Origin: an uncultured Planctomycetota bacterium
GTDB taxonomy: Bacteria > Planctomycetota > Planctomycetia > Gemmatales > Gemmataceae
Direction of reading: 5' to 3'
Length of the DNA stretch: 64,000 nucleotides
NCBI GenBank assembly: GCA_963849325.1
Contig: CAWKHF010000005.1
Location: 352,001 to 416,000, forward strand
A program made the translations under genes and the position numbers. A model generated the notes under the pieces. It ran no database searches. It was not told where the DNA came from and was given only the letters and a program-made list of their open reading frames with translations. Of the stretch, positions 1 through 10,459 are shown in pieces; positions within the stretch are counted from its first letter, which is position 1; each line of letters opens with the position of its first letter.

Positions 1-170
1 TCCCAGTTGCCGCCGTTGGGGTTGATCCACATGTCCGCGGAGAGCAAGGTGCGGTCTTCGAGCCTCTCTAAGCGCAGCGGCAAACGACGGACGAATCCGC
101 GGCGTTTCACGACCGGGCGAGACGGGCGGCCCTTTTTACTACGCCGGAAAAACCACCGCAAGAAGAACAT
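1..170 (-). CDS. 5' end of a planctomycete extracellular protein (runs off the window)
   Basis: Not in the ORF track. Manual translation from ATG at 170 gives MFFLRWFFRRSKKGRPSRPVVKRRGFVRRLPLRLERLEDRTLLSADMWINPNGGNW: an Arg-rich leader plus LERLEDRTLLS (Planc_extracel-type motif). Confidence 0.85.
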   Translation of the reverse strand, partial: MFFLRWFFRRSKKGRPSRPVVKRRGFVRRLPLRLERLEDRTLLSADMWINPNGGNW

Positions 171-227
171 GGCAGCCCTCGTCGTTGAGTATCCGCGTGC
201 GAAAACAACACCGCGAATGCGGTCGCG

Positions 228-263
228 TCCGCGTCCCGAGACAGTCCGCACTCGGGACGCGGA
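228..263. other. GC-rich hairpin upstream of the extracellular-protein gene
   Basis: TCCGCGTCCCGAG-N10-CTCGGGACGCGGA, a perfect 13-bp stem. Confidence 0.5.
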
Positions 264-332
264 CTCGAGAGCAAGCTCGCTATACTGTGAATTCCTCCTA
301 CTTTGTAGCTTCACTTTTTTGTCGTCAAGAGA

Positions 333-356
333 AAATTAATTTGCGGAAATTAATTT
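333..356. promoter_or_regulatory. Putative operator in divergent promoter region
   Basis: The palindrome AAATTAATTT occurs twice (333-342, 347-356) in an AT-rich stretch between divergent genes. Confidence 0.3.
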
Positions 357-479
357 ATCGTAAGGTTGTGTCCCTGGCGTCAAAAAACTCTGGTATACGG
401 CGTATTCTCATGTCCTTCCGAGCGGCGATTGGTTTCGATTTCCGTCCCAGCGAATGGTCGCGTGGTTAGGGAGGCGAGG

Positions 480-975
480 ATGCCGGAAGATTCCGCGGAG
501 TTGCTCCAGCGTTGGCAGGCGGGCGATCAATCGGCGGCGGCGACGCTGTTTCGTCGCTATTTCGAGCGGCTGCGCGCCCTGGCCGGCACACGGCTGTGCG
601 AGCGGATGGCGGCGCGAGTGGATGCCGACGACGTGGTGCAATCGGTCTTCAGCGTTTTTTTCCACAACGCACGGGACGGCCAAGCGTTCGCTTACCCGCG
701 AAGAGCTACCGCTGCCGTTGCGCGACGTGGTGGACGATGAAGATCTGTGGCTGACGAGCGAGCCGGCTCCTGAAGAGGCGGCCATCCTGGCCGACGAAGT
801 GCAGCGATTGCTGCGGCCGCTCAACGGAGGACAGCGCCGCATGGTCGAGCTGCGGCTGCAAGGCTTCACGTTTGAGGAAATCGCCGACCAGGTCGGCCGC
901 GACGAACGCACGGTGCGCCGAATCCTGGATCAGGTCAAACTCCAACTCGAAGAGCGCATGAGCGAGCAGGCATGA
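480..975 (+). pseudogene. ECF-type RNA polymerase sigma factor with internal deletion/frameshift
   Basis: Region 2 (LLQRWQAGDQSAAATLFRRYFERL..VDADDVVQSVF) is in one frame and region 4 (RRMVELRLQGFTFEEIADQVGRDERTVRRIL) in another. The frames join at about 675-683, and the usual intervening segment appears absent. Confidence 0.8.
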
Positions 976-984
976 TCGGCGGCC

Positions 985-1697
985 TCAGGCGCTCTTCTCG
1001 TCCAGCAGCGCGGCCAGCTGCCGCACCTTGCCCTCGTCGATCACTGCCCCGCGCCGTCGTCCCTGACAAACCGCGCCGCGCACGGCGAACCAGTCGGGAG
1101 CCAACGGCCGCAGCGTGCGCATCTCGATTGGCCCCAGTGATCCCGCCAGGGCGATCGGCACTCCCGCGACACGGCAGCGCTCACGCAGACGCTCGGCCTC
1201 GCCCACCGGCAGCCAGTCGAGCAGCGTCGATCCGTCCTTCTCCCAGGTATCGAGCAAGAACGCCCCGAGTTGATGCTGGACGGCGAAAGCGCAGACATCC
1301 TCCGGCGCAGCGCCTGCGCCCTTCGCCAATCGGCGTAGGCCACCGCCACGGCTTGGCAATGGGGTTGGTGCTCCGCCAGGGCACGCATCGCCCCATGTAA
1401 CTCCGAGGGCCAGGCGGCTTCCGCGTCCCCTGCGTATCGAGCCAGTCCCCATTTGACGTAGGCGAGAGACAGTTCGGAAGGCGGCGGATCGTCGAACCAC
1501 GTGTCGATCAGTTCGCCGAGGGCGGCACTGACCGGGCACCGTCCCGCCACGGCAGCCACCACCTCCGCGATCGTGCGATTACTCGCCCGGCCGAGCGCGC
1601 CGTGCGCCGGCTCTTTCACGTCGATCACCGAAGCGCCGCCGCGCAGGGCCGTCTCCGCTTCCGCCGCCGAACGAACGCTGACCAGCAGCCGCGTCAT
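985..1697 (-). CDS. mfnB: (5-formylfuran-3-yl)methyl phosphate synthase / 4-HFC-P synthase family (frameshift about 1320)
   Basis: N-terminal LLVSVRSAAEAETALRGGASVIDVKEPAHGALG and C-terminal LLDTWEKDG..ALAGSL..PDWFAVRGAVC motifs, split over two frames. Confidence 0.85.
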
Positions 1698-2113
1698 TCG
1701 CCCGTCACTCCTTCCTCTTCCACCCGAAAAAAGCGCATCCAGCCTGGATAGCGGCGAAAGGGCAGCGGCGTCAGGTTGGCGAAGATGAAGCCGTACAACT
1801 GCGGCGGCTCGAACCACGACGGATCGTTGAGATGACGGGCTTGGTCGGCGCGGAACTCCTCCACGGTTCGATACGTCCGGCAGTCCGTGATGTCGCCGGC
1901 GCCGACGATGCCGCCGAGCAGCTGGGCGGTCTCCAGCAGTTCGGGCGGGACGTGCCCCCACGCCTCGGGCCGTTCGTCCGGCACGCGGGCAGCGTGGATG
2001 AGGATGCGGCCGCGCCGCGCCGTCGGCCAGCGCCGCACCTCGATCGTCTTGAGACCCTGCACCAGCAGGGCGGCCCACGGCTGCTTCAAGGACAGGGCGT
2101 ATTGCGTCGCCAC
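1694..2113 (-). CDS. ASCH domain protein
   Basis: ALSLKQPWAALLVQGLKTIEVRRW..RGRILIHA is an ASCH signature; ATGA overlap with mfnB. Confidence 0.9.
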   Translation of the reverse strand: MATQYALSLKQPWAALLVQGLKTIEVRRWPTARRGRILIHAARVPDERPEAWGHVPPELLETAQLLGGIVGAGDITDCRTYRTVEEFRADQARHLNDPSWFEPPQLYGFIFANLTPLPFRRYPGWMRFFRVEEEGVTGE

Positions 2114-2160
2114 GATTCAGCTCCGGCAGGAAAATCGGGATGTTGCGATTGTACCGAGAA

Positions 2161-2206
2161 AGTCGCTTGCGGCTTAGCGATCTTTCCCGCTAAGCCGCAA
2201 GCGGCT
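2161..2206. repeat. REP-like palindrome
   Basis: AGTCGCTTGCGGCTTAGCG-N8-CGCTAAGCCGCAAGCGGCT. Confidence 0.75.
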
Positions 2207-2316
2207 GTTTCGATTTGCGGCTGCGCACGGAGCGAGCTATGGTTGCTGGCAGACCATCGGCTCGACGGCGGCCCCTGCGCCGTCCGCCCACCCCTGGGCC
2301 AACGGCGAGAGTGTTC

Positions 2317-5300
2317 ATGGCGGTCCGGATCGACAATCAGGCCGAGCCAATTCCCGGCTACAAGCTCATCGAGCGCCTGGGCGGCGGCGGCTTCGGCGAG
2401 GTCTGGAAGTGCGAGGCGCCCGGCGGCCTGCACAAGGCCATCAAGTTCGTCTTCGGCGATCTCGGCGCCGCCGGCGAGGACGGCCATCGTGCCGAGCAGG
2501 AACTGAAGGCCCTCAGCCGCGTCAAGACCGTCCGTCATCCATACATCCTGTCGCTGGAACGCTACGACATCGTCGATGGTCAGCTCATGATCGTCATGGA
2601 GCTGGCCGACCGCAACCTGTGGGACCGCTTCAAGGAGTGCCGGGCCCGCGGACTGCCCGGCATCCCCCGCGACGAGCTGCTCGGCTACATGGAGGAGACG
2701 GCCGAGGCGCTCGATCTGATGAACAGCCAGTATCAGCTGCAACACCTGGACATCAAGCCGCAGAACCTGTTCCTGGTTTATCAACACGTCAAGGTGGCCG
2801 ATTTTGGCCTGGTCAAGGATCTGGAGGGCATGCAGGCGTCGGTGACGGGTGGCGTCACGCCGGTGTACGCCGCGCCCGAGACGTTCGACGGCTGGGTCAG
2901 CCGCTTTTGCGATCAGTACAGCCTGGCCATCGTCTATCAGGAATTGTTGACGGGCCAACGGCCGTTCAACGGCAGCAACATACGTCAGCTGATCTTGCAG
3001 CACTTGCAGGCGCCGCCCAACGTCAGCTCGCTGCCGCCGGGCGAGCAGCCGGCCATCGCCCGCGCCCTGTCCAAGACGCCGGGCGACCGCTTCCCGACCT
3101 GTCACGAACTGGTCGAGGCGCTCAAGAACGGCGGGGCCGGCGGTGGCGCCGCTTCCGAGACGGCGCCCGCGGTGGAAGCGATCGCCCCCTCGCAGGTGAG
3201 TGGCCTGGTCGCCTCCGTGGGAAGACTCACCGACAACCGCACGGACAGCGCGGAAGAGTTCACCGATGACACCGCGGTGACAGCGAGCCTCCGTCAACTC
3301 CGCCGCCCCGACTCCAACCCGTGTACCACGGACGCTCTCCGCGGCGAAGGTGCCGCCCCGTCGGGCACGGCCGCCGAGCCGCGCAAGGCCCCGCCGGAGG
3401 TCAACGGCAACGGCGTCCTCTTTCCCGCCCTGGTCCTCGGTCTAGGCCAGCTCGGTCTGAGCGTGGTGCAGCGGCTACGCCAGCGTTTGCACACGCGCTT
3501 CGGCGGCCTGGAATGCCTGCCACACCTGCGGTTGCTGGTCCTCGATACCGACCCGGAAGTGGTCCGCACCGCCGGCCGCGCCGCCGCCGCCGCCCGTCTG
3601 TCCGAGGCCGAAGTATTGCTGGCCCCGCTGAATCGTCCCAGCCACTACCTCAAACCGCGCGACGGCCGACCCGACATCGACAGCTGGCTCAATCCGCGCA
3701 TGCTCTACCGCATCCCGCGTTCGCAGGTGACCACCGGCGTCCGCGCCCTCGGCCGGCTCGCCTTCTGCGACAATTATCGTCTCATCACCCTTCGCTTGCA
3801 GGCCGAGCTGAACGCCTGCATGGACCCCGACGCCCTGGCCTCCGCCGTCCATCAGACGGGGCTGGGCCTGCGCACCAACCGCGTCCGCGTCTACGTCGTC
3901 ACCAGCCTGGCCGGCGGCAGCGGCGGCGGCATGTTCCTCGATCTGGCCTACACCCTCCGCGCCCTGCTCAAGCAGGCTGGCTACGAGCAGCCCGACGTGG
4001 TGGGCGTGTTCCTGCTGCCCGGCGTCGATCGCAACCGCACGCGCGTGCTGACGCTGGGCAACGCCTGCGCCGCCCTGCGCGAGTTGAGCCACTTCGCCCG
4101 CCCCGGTACGACGTTCACCGCCCGCTATCACCAACGCGAGGCGCCCGTGCAGGACAGCGAACCGCCGTTCAGTCGCTGCGTCATGCTGCCGTTGCCGGAG
4201 GAGACCGACGAGGCGTCCACGCGCGAGCTGGTCGAGCTGACCGGGCTGTTCTTGTCGCGCGATTTGTGTTCGCCGCTGGGCCGAGTGGCCGACCTGGGCC
4301 GTGGCGGCGTGACCGGCCTGCCGTGGGATTCGCGCGGCCTGTTCTATCAGACGTTCGGCCTGTATCCGCTGTCCTGGCCGCGCCACGCCCTGCTTCGCAC
4401 CGTGCGCGCCGCCTATGTCAGCGCCTGATCCAGCGCTGGATGAGCAAGGATAGCAAGCCGCTCCGCGAGTCGGTGCGGGCCTGGATGCAGGAGCAGTGGA
4501 CGCAGCAGGAGTTCGGCTCCAGCATCCTGATGGAACGACTCAACGAGGCCGGCCGTCAGGCGCTCGGCCGCGACCCGGACGACGTCTTCCGCGGCCTGAC
4601 CGAGCCGCTGCTGGAACGCCATGCCACCGTTCTGAATCCGCCTTCGAAGCGGGGCGGCGCCGCCGTCGAACCGCATTTGCCTCCTGAAGAGATCGCCGAA
4701 GTCCTCGAGCAGTTCGAGCAACTCCTGGGCAAGCCGCAGGACGATGGCCTGTCCGAGACGCCGGCACGATTGGTCGTCGCCCTGCGCGAAGCGGCCGACC
4801 GCCTGGTCCACGAGTGGGGCCAGAAGTTGGCCGAACTGCCGGTGCGCCTGATTGAGGAGCCGGAGTTTCGCCTGGCCGGCGCCGAGGAGATCGTCCGGCA
4901 GATGGTGGCGTCGCTCGAGCAGGCCTTGCAGCATCACGAGCCGTTGTCCAAGGAGTTGACCAACCGCGCCGTCGAGGCGTACACCCGGCTGCAAGCGCTG
5001 GCCGTGCCGTCCGCGGAGAAGGCCGGCGCCTCCGGCGTCTTCCGCAAGGTCGGTTCTCGCGGCGGCCATCGCCCGATGGCCGTCGAGGCGGTCGAGTTGC
5101 TGCGCAGCTATCCCAAGTCGCTGTACCAGAGCCTGGTGCTGCGCCAGGCCGGCAATGTTTTGCTGACGCTGCGCGGTCACCTGGCCGACGAGATGCGCGA
5201 GATCAACTCCTGCCGCGTCCGTCTCGGCGAGCTGTTGCGCAAGCTGGAGGAGCCGGCCGACTCCGCCGTGTCGTCGGCGGCGCAGGCGGCGATCGGCAAA

Positions 5301-5903
5301 CACATCTTCCCCACCGGCTGCAAGGACTTCGCGGAGACGGCCACCTACTTCGAGGACCGCCTCGGTCCCGACGCGCTGCTCGTCCTGGATGGCCGCATGG
5401 AAGCGATGCTCAAGAAGCAGTTCACGGCGTTGGTCAACGTCTGCCTGACCAGCGGCAACGTGCTGAAGAACGTCGAGACGGCGATGCTGCAAACGGCCGA
5501 GCGCTTCGTCGCCGAGCAAGTAGGCGAGATCAACGTGGCGGAGATGTTCCGCGATCACCACCCCGACGCGGCGCAGGCGTCTCAGGAGATCGTGGGTTAC
5601 TTCGACGACGCCGCTCCCGAGCTGCCGGCCGAGCGTCGCGGCAATGGCGCCGAGCTGTGCGTGCTGGCGACGCCGGCCGGCCCGGCCGGCGATCACTTCC
5701 GCGAGTTGGCGGCCACGGCCTTACCCGACGTCGAATGGCACGCCGCCCCCGGTGACGAGGACATCGTACTCTACCGCGAATTGACCAACCTGCCGCTGTC
5801 CGACCTGCCGCAGCTGGGACCACTCGGTCAAGACGCATACCGCCAGATGAGCGCCGCCGAACATTTCACGCCGCATTGCCGCTGTGACGTTGATTTCAGC
5901 TGA
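2317..5903 (+). CDS. Ser/Thr protein kinase fused to a tubulin/FtsZ-like (Tubulin_2) domain and helical C-terminus (frameshift about 4405)
   Basis: Kinase motifs GGGGFGEVW, AIK, HLDIKPQN, DFG, APE. Tubulin-like motifs LGLGQLG, LDTD, GVRALGRLA, SLAGGSGGGMFLD. The C-terminal part continues in the 3321..5903 frame. Confidence 0.85.
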
Positions 5904-6283
5904 TTTCGCCAATCATCATACATTGCGAAATCGCAAGAATACTTCCTGTCTTAAATTAACATTCGTTAATATTTCTTTCCGCTCTCTCATCTTCTCCCGC
6001 TTGCCGTTAATATATTTTGATCCGCAAGTCTCGTATATCATTGGACTTGAGAAAGCTGAAGAAGAAGTAACGGAACTTCTTGTCCGATTTCGCGCCGATT
6101 TCGATGGAATATATAGGGGGCGTTCTGCCTCCTGAATCCCTCACAGGTAAAAACGACTGCTCTTCGAGCCGTCAGTGGGAGCGTGCCGCGTTCCAGCGTG
6201 CGCATCCTCGCGGCTGGAACGCGCAAATTTTTATCTGTGCGGGGATCTCCAAATGGTCCTGCCCATCGCCCGAGGAGATCCGC

Positions 6284-6889
6284 ATGAACGCGCAACAAGG
6301 CGGGCCATTCAGCGATGACGAAGACCTGCATCGCGACGATACACGAATGGTCCGGGACGACAATACCTTTCCTGGCCTGGCCGAGCATATCCGGCGGTGT
6401 CTGCACGAAGTCGGGTTGACGCCGGAGCAAGTGGAGAGGGTAACGCAGCAGGTATGGCTGGCGCTCCTGGAGAACAGGCACCTCTTTGAGGGAGAGCACG
6501 CGGAGCAACAACTGCACGCCTGGGTTGATCGCGTCGCCCACGGCAAAGCAATGGACGAACATCGCCGGGCACGACGCGAGCGGCGACTGTTTCGCGCCCT
6601 GGATGCCTTGCGGGCGGAGCCGAAAGATCGGCGAGAGGATGCGGCCGAACAGGCGGAAGTCACGCAGCACTGGTGCGAATGGTTGCGCGAAGGGATGGAG
6701 GAGATGCGCGTCCAGCATCCGCTCAATTATCGCTTGTTGTACGGCCACTACATGGAGGGGCGTAGGGCCAAGGATCTGGCGAAGGAGGAGGGTTTGAGTG
6801 TGAACGCGGTGTACCAGCGTCTTCGCTGGGCGAGGGCGTGGCTCCGAAAGCGGATGACGGAAGGAGGCGATTATGGAAGCCTGCCTTAA
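6284..6889 (+). CDS. Sigma-70/ECF-like sigma factor
   Basis: GAGGAG RBS before ATG 6284; QQVWLALLE..LHAWVDRVAHGKAMD (region 2) and AKDLAKEEGLSVNAVYQRLRWARAWLR (region 4 HTH). Confidence 0.75.
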   Translation: MNAQQGGPFSDDEDLHRDDTRMVRDDNTFPGLAEHIRRCLHEVGLTPEQVERVTQQVWLALLENRHLFEGEHAEQQLHAWVDRVAHGKAMDEHRRARRERRLFRALDALRAEPKDRREDAAEQAEVTQHWCEWLREGMEEMRVQHPLNYRLLYGHYMEGRRAKDLAKEEGLSVNAVYQRLRWARAWLRKRMTEGGDYGSLP

Positions 6890-7054
6890 TGCCGTCCCGG
6901 AATGTGAGGAAATAAATCTATTTTTTCATCACAGATTTTGGGGGGTCGAGCGATTACTATGGATAGAGGCAGAAAAAGGCGAATGCGGAGAGGAAGGCGA
7001 TCCTTGCGTCCGGTTCGGCGTGCGCCCGGAGGGTCGCCAAGGGAGGGACAATCC

Positions 7055-7321
7055 ATGCGCGGCTTGCTGGCGGCGCTGCGCCGCAAACTGAGGCTGATCC
7101 GCTGTAGGGGACGGATCGATTTCGTGCCGCCGGAGGCGGACGAGGGCTCGTTCACCTACTACGACGGGCCTTCCTTCGTTTGGACGGAGGCGGGATTTGA
7201 AGAGTCGGGTAAACCGACTCTCTGCGGCGACCGGCCGCGAACGAAGCCTGGCAATCTTCCGGTCAGCGCTCCGCTGGTAGAGGAGCCACCGGCAGAACCA
7301 TCGTGGTGCTATTGCATCTGA
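7055..7321 (+). CDS. Small hypothetical protein (88 aa) ending WCYCI
   Basis: GGGAGGGA RBS then ATG 7055; fills the gap between the sigma gene and the next gene; no recognisable domain. Confidence 0.4.
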   Translation: MRGLLAALRRKLRLIRCRGRIDFVPPEADEGSFTYYDGPSFVWTEAGFEESGKPTLCGDRPRTKPGNLPVSAPLVEEPPAEPSWCYCI

Positions 7322-7343
7322 GGACTCACGCGGAGAACGTGTC

Positions 7344-8777
7344 ATGTCCGCAACGCGGATTGTCCGGGTAGGGCATTGTGCCGTCATTCTCGGCTGTGCA
7401 GCCCTGCTGGGCTTTGCGGCGAATGCCCATGCTGATCCCAAGCCGCTGTCGAAGGCAGAGCAGGCCAAGGTCGATAAGGCCATCGAGCGTGCCGTGGCGT
7501 TCGTCAAAAAGACGCAGAAGGAGACGGGAGAGTTTGGCGAACTGAAACTCCGACTACCGGGGCTGGTTTTCAACCGCGGCTATTTCTTTTTCCCTGCACT
7601 GGCGCTCCTGGAAAGCGGCGTTCCGGGGTCCGATCCAGCCATCCAAAATGCGGCTAAGATGGTCCGCGCCTGGGAATCCCAGATGGATCGCACCTACGGC
7701 GTGTCCGTGGCTATCTTGTTTCTAGATCGATTGGGCGACCCAAGAGACAAGGAGATCATACGCAGCCTGGCTCTGCGATTGATTGCGGGGCAGACCTACA
7801 CTGGGGGGTGGGGTTATTATTGCCCTACACTCAGCGAGCAAAACCAGAACCTCCTCTGGAAAACTCTACTTGCCTTGCACGCCCACAACAATCCTCCCTC
7901 CGAGCCACGGGAGGGAAAAGCGCCAAAGTCTCCTAAGATAGCGAAAACCAACCCATCCATCCCTGTGATTTTGAGGAGCTTGGCGATCTTTCAGGATCCG
8001 ACGCGCCTTTTCAAACGCCGGGAAATTCTAATCCCTGAGGGGGCACCTCCTCCGAACCTGAACTCGCGTTTTTTGCTTGGGACCACGGATAATTCCAATA
8101 CCCAGTTTGCTGTATTGGCCCTATGGGCGGCGAGCCGGCATGGTATTCCCGTTGACCGGACCTTGGCTCTCGTCATCAAACGCTTCAGGGCGAGTCAAAA
8201 CGAGGACGGCACATGGAATTATCGTTATGGGTTCACCGGAACAGATCGTGGAAAATGGGACGGGCTGGGACCGAACAACACGGCGGCCGCTCTTATCGGA
8301 TTGGCAATGGCGTACGGGGTGCGCCAACCGCATCAGGAGAGCGTTGATCCTGATATTCGTGAGCGGATTATCCGAGGCTTGGCAGTCTTGAGCAAGACGA
8401 TTGGCACACCGACAGGACAGATGGATCGACAAGTGCCTATGGCGGACTTGTATACCTTGTGGACCATAGAGCGCGTGGCTACCCTGTACAATCTTTCGGT
8501 GATCGACGGGAAGGACTGGTATCGATGGGGCGCTGAAATTCTCGTGACCAATCAGACAGATGACGGAAACTGGATTCGCACAGCGTTACATGCCAACGTA
8601 GTGATTCGCCCGTCCTTTGGTTTACTGTTCTTGAAACGAGCGAATTTTACGAGAGATTTAACGGCGAAATTGCCCTTCACAGCGAAGGAGTTGAACGAGG
8701 GAATCGCACGCCTACGGTCCAGCGATAGCCGCATGGAACGATCGATCGCCACTCCAAGCCGTAGCACAAAGCCCTAG
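7344..8777 (+). CDS. Secreted prenyltransferase/squalene-cyclase-repeat (alpha/alpha toroid) protein, copy 1
   Basis: Signal peptide (..GFAANAHA-DP); QW-like repeats QTYTGGWGY, QNEDGTWNY, QTDDGNW; DNSNTQFAVLAL; LWTIERVA..DWYRWGA. Confidence 0.75.
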   Translation: MSATRIVRVGHCAVILGCAALLGFAANAHADPKPLSKAEQAKVDKAIERAVAFVKKTQKETGEFGELKLRLPGLVFNRGYFFFPALALLESGVPGSDPAIQNAAKMVRAWESQMDRTYGVSVAILFLDRLGDPRDKEIIRSLALRLIAGQTYTGGWGYYCPTLSEQNQNLLWKTLLALHAHNNPPSEPREGKAPKSPKIAKTNPSIPVILRSLAIFQDPTRLFKRREILIPEGAPPPNLNSRFLLGTTDNSNTQFAVLALWAASRHGIPVDRTLALVIKRFRASQNEDGTWNYRYGFTGTDRGKWDGLGPNNTAAALIGLAMAYGVRQPHQESVDPDIRERIIRGLAVLSKTIGTPTGQMDRQVPMADLYTLWTIERVATLYNLSVIDGKDWYRWGAEILVTNQTDDGNWIRTALHANVVIRPSFGLLFLKRANFTRDLTAKLPFTAKELNEGIARLRSSDSRMERSIATPSRSTKP

Positions 8778-8831
8778 CGTTGATCGGAGGAGCGGTTTCT
8801 CATCACCGATTCGCCCCTTGCGAGGAAAGCC

Positions 8832-10279
8832 ATGTTTCTGAAGCTGCGCATGTGCTTGCGAAAGGTCGCTCCTCTCCTCGGCTGTGCAGTCGTGCTTGGG
8901 TTCGGCATCGCATCCACGCCGATCTCAAGCCGCTGTCGAAGGCGGAGCAGGCCAAGGTCGATAAGGCCATCGAACGGGCCATGGCGTTCGTGAAAAAAAC
9001 GCAGAAGGAGACGGGAGAGTTTGGAGAGCTTCAAATCCGACTACCGGGTCTGATCTTCAACCGCGGCTATTTCTTTTTTCCGGCTTTGGCGCTCCTGGAA
9101 AGCGGAGTTCCAGCGACAAATCCAGCCATCCAAAAAACGGCTAAGATGGTCCGCGCCTGGGAACCCCAGATGGATCGCACCTACGGCGTGTCCGTGGCTA
9201 TCTTGTTTCTAGATCGATTGGGCGACCCAAAAGACAAGGAAATTATACGCAGCCTGGCACTGCGTCTGATCGCGGCGCAGACCTACACTGGGGGGTGGGG
9301 CTATTATTGTTCGACCCTCAGCGAGCAAAACCAGAAAATCCTCTGGAAAACTCTGCTTGCCTTGCACGCCAAAGACTATCCTTCATCCGACTCGCGGGAT
9401 GGAAAAGCGCCAAAGTCTCCTCAGATAGCGAAGACCAACCCATCCATCCCCGCGATTTTGAGAACCTTGGCGATCTTTCAGGATCCGACGCACCTCTTCA
9501 AGCGCAGAGAAGTTCTGATACATGAGGGAATGCCTCCTCCGAACCTGGACTCGCGTTTTCTGGCCGGGACCACGGATAATTCTAATACCCAGTTCGCTGT
9601 GCTGGCCCTGTGGGCGGCGAGTCGTCATGGCATTCCCGTTGACCGGACCTTGGCCCTTGTCGTCAAACGATTCACATCGAGCCAAAACGAGGACGGCACG
9701 TGGAATTACCGTTATGAGTTTACCAGAAGAGGTCGTGGAAAATGGGATGAGCGAGGGATGTGCAACACGACAGCCGCTCTTCTTGGATTGGCAATGGCGC
9801 ATGGGATGCGCAAATTGCCTCAGGACGTTACGGCTGCCGATATTCAGGAGCGGATTATCAAGGGCTTGGCGGTCTTGAGCAAGGAGATTGGTACTCCAAC
9901 AGGACAGATGAATCGGCAAGTGCCCATCAAGGACTTGTATTTCTTGTGGTCTGTGGAGCGTGTTGCTACACTGTATAACCTTTCCTTGATCGGCGAGAAA
10001 GACTGGTACCGCTGGGGCGCTGAAATCCTCGTGACCAATCAGAAGGATGATGGGAACTGGTTTGGCACAGGGTCCTATTTCAACGTAGCGGTCAGCCCGT
10101 CCTTTGGCTTGCTGTTCTTGAAGCGGGCGAATTTCACGAGAGAACTGACAGCGAAATTGCCTCTGATGGGCCGAGAACTGAACAAATCCATCATCGCTCA
10201 TTTGCGGTCGAGCGGAACGCCGACTTCTCCATCGTTGGAAAGTCGAGGAGCAACTTCCGAGTCCAACAGGGGACCCTGA
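8832..10279 (+). CDS. Secreted prenyltransferase-repeat protein, copy 2 (frameshift in signal peptide about 8910)
   Basis: Tandem paralog with long identical stretches to copy 1. ATG 8832 gives MFLKLRMCLRKVAPLLGCAVVLGFGIA, which joins HADLKPLSK in another frame. Confidence 0.75.
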
Positions 10280-10459
10280 TCCCTGAAGTAGATGATGGTG
10301 TCTGCCGCAAATATTGCCCCCGAATGATCCAGCGATTCACGCGAGAACGCGCTGACGCTCTATGCCACTTGCTCCACGATCAACGGGCATTGCGCACATT
10401 CCATCGCATCGCCCGCAAGGATAATCCGTGTCGCCCTTTACTCGCAAAGGAGGTCTGCT

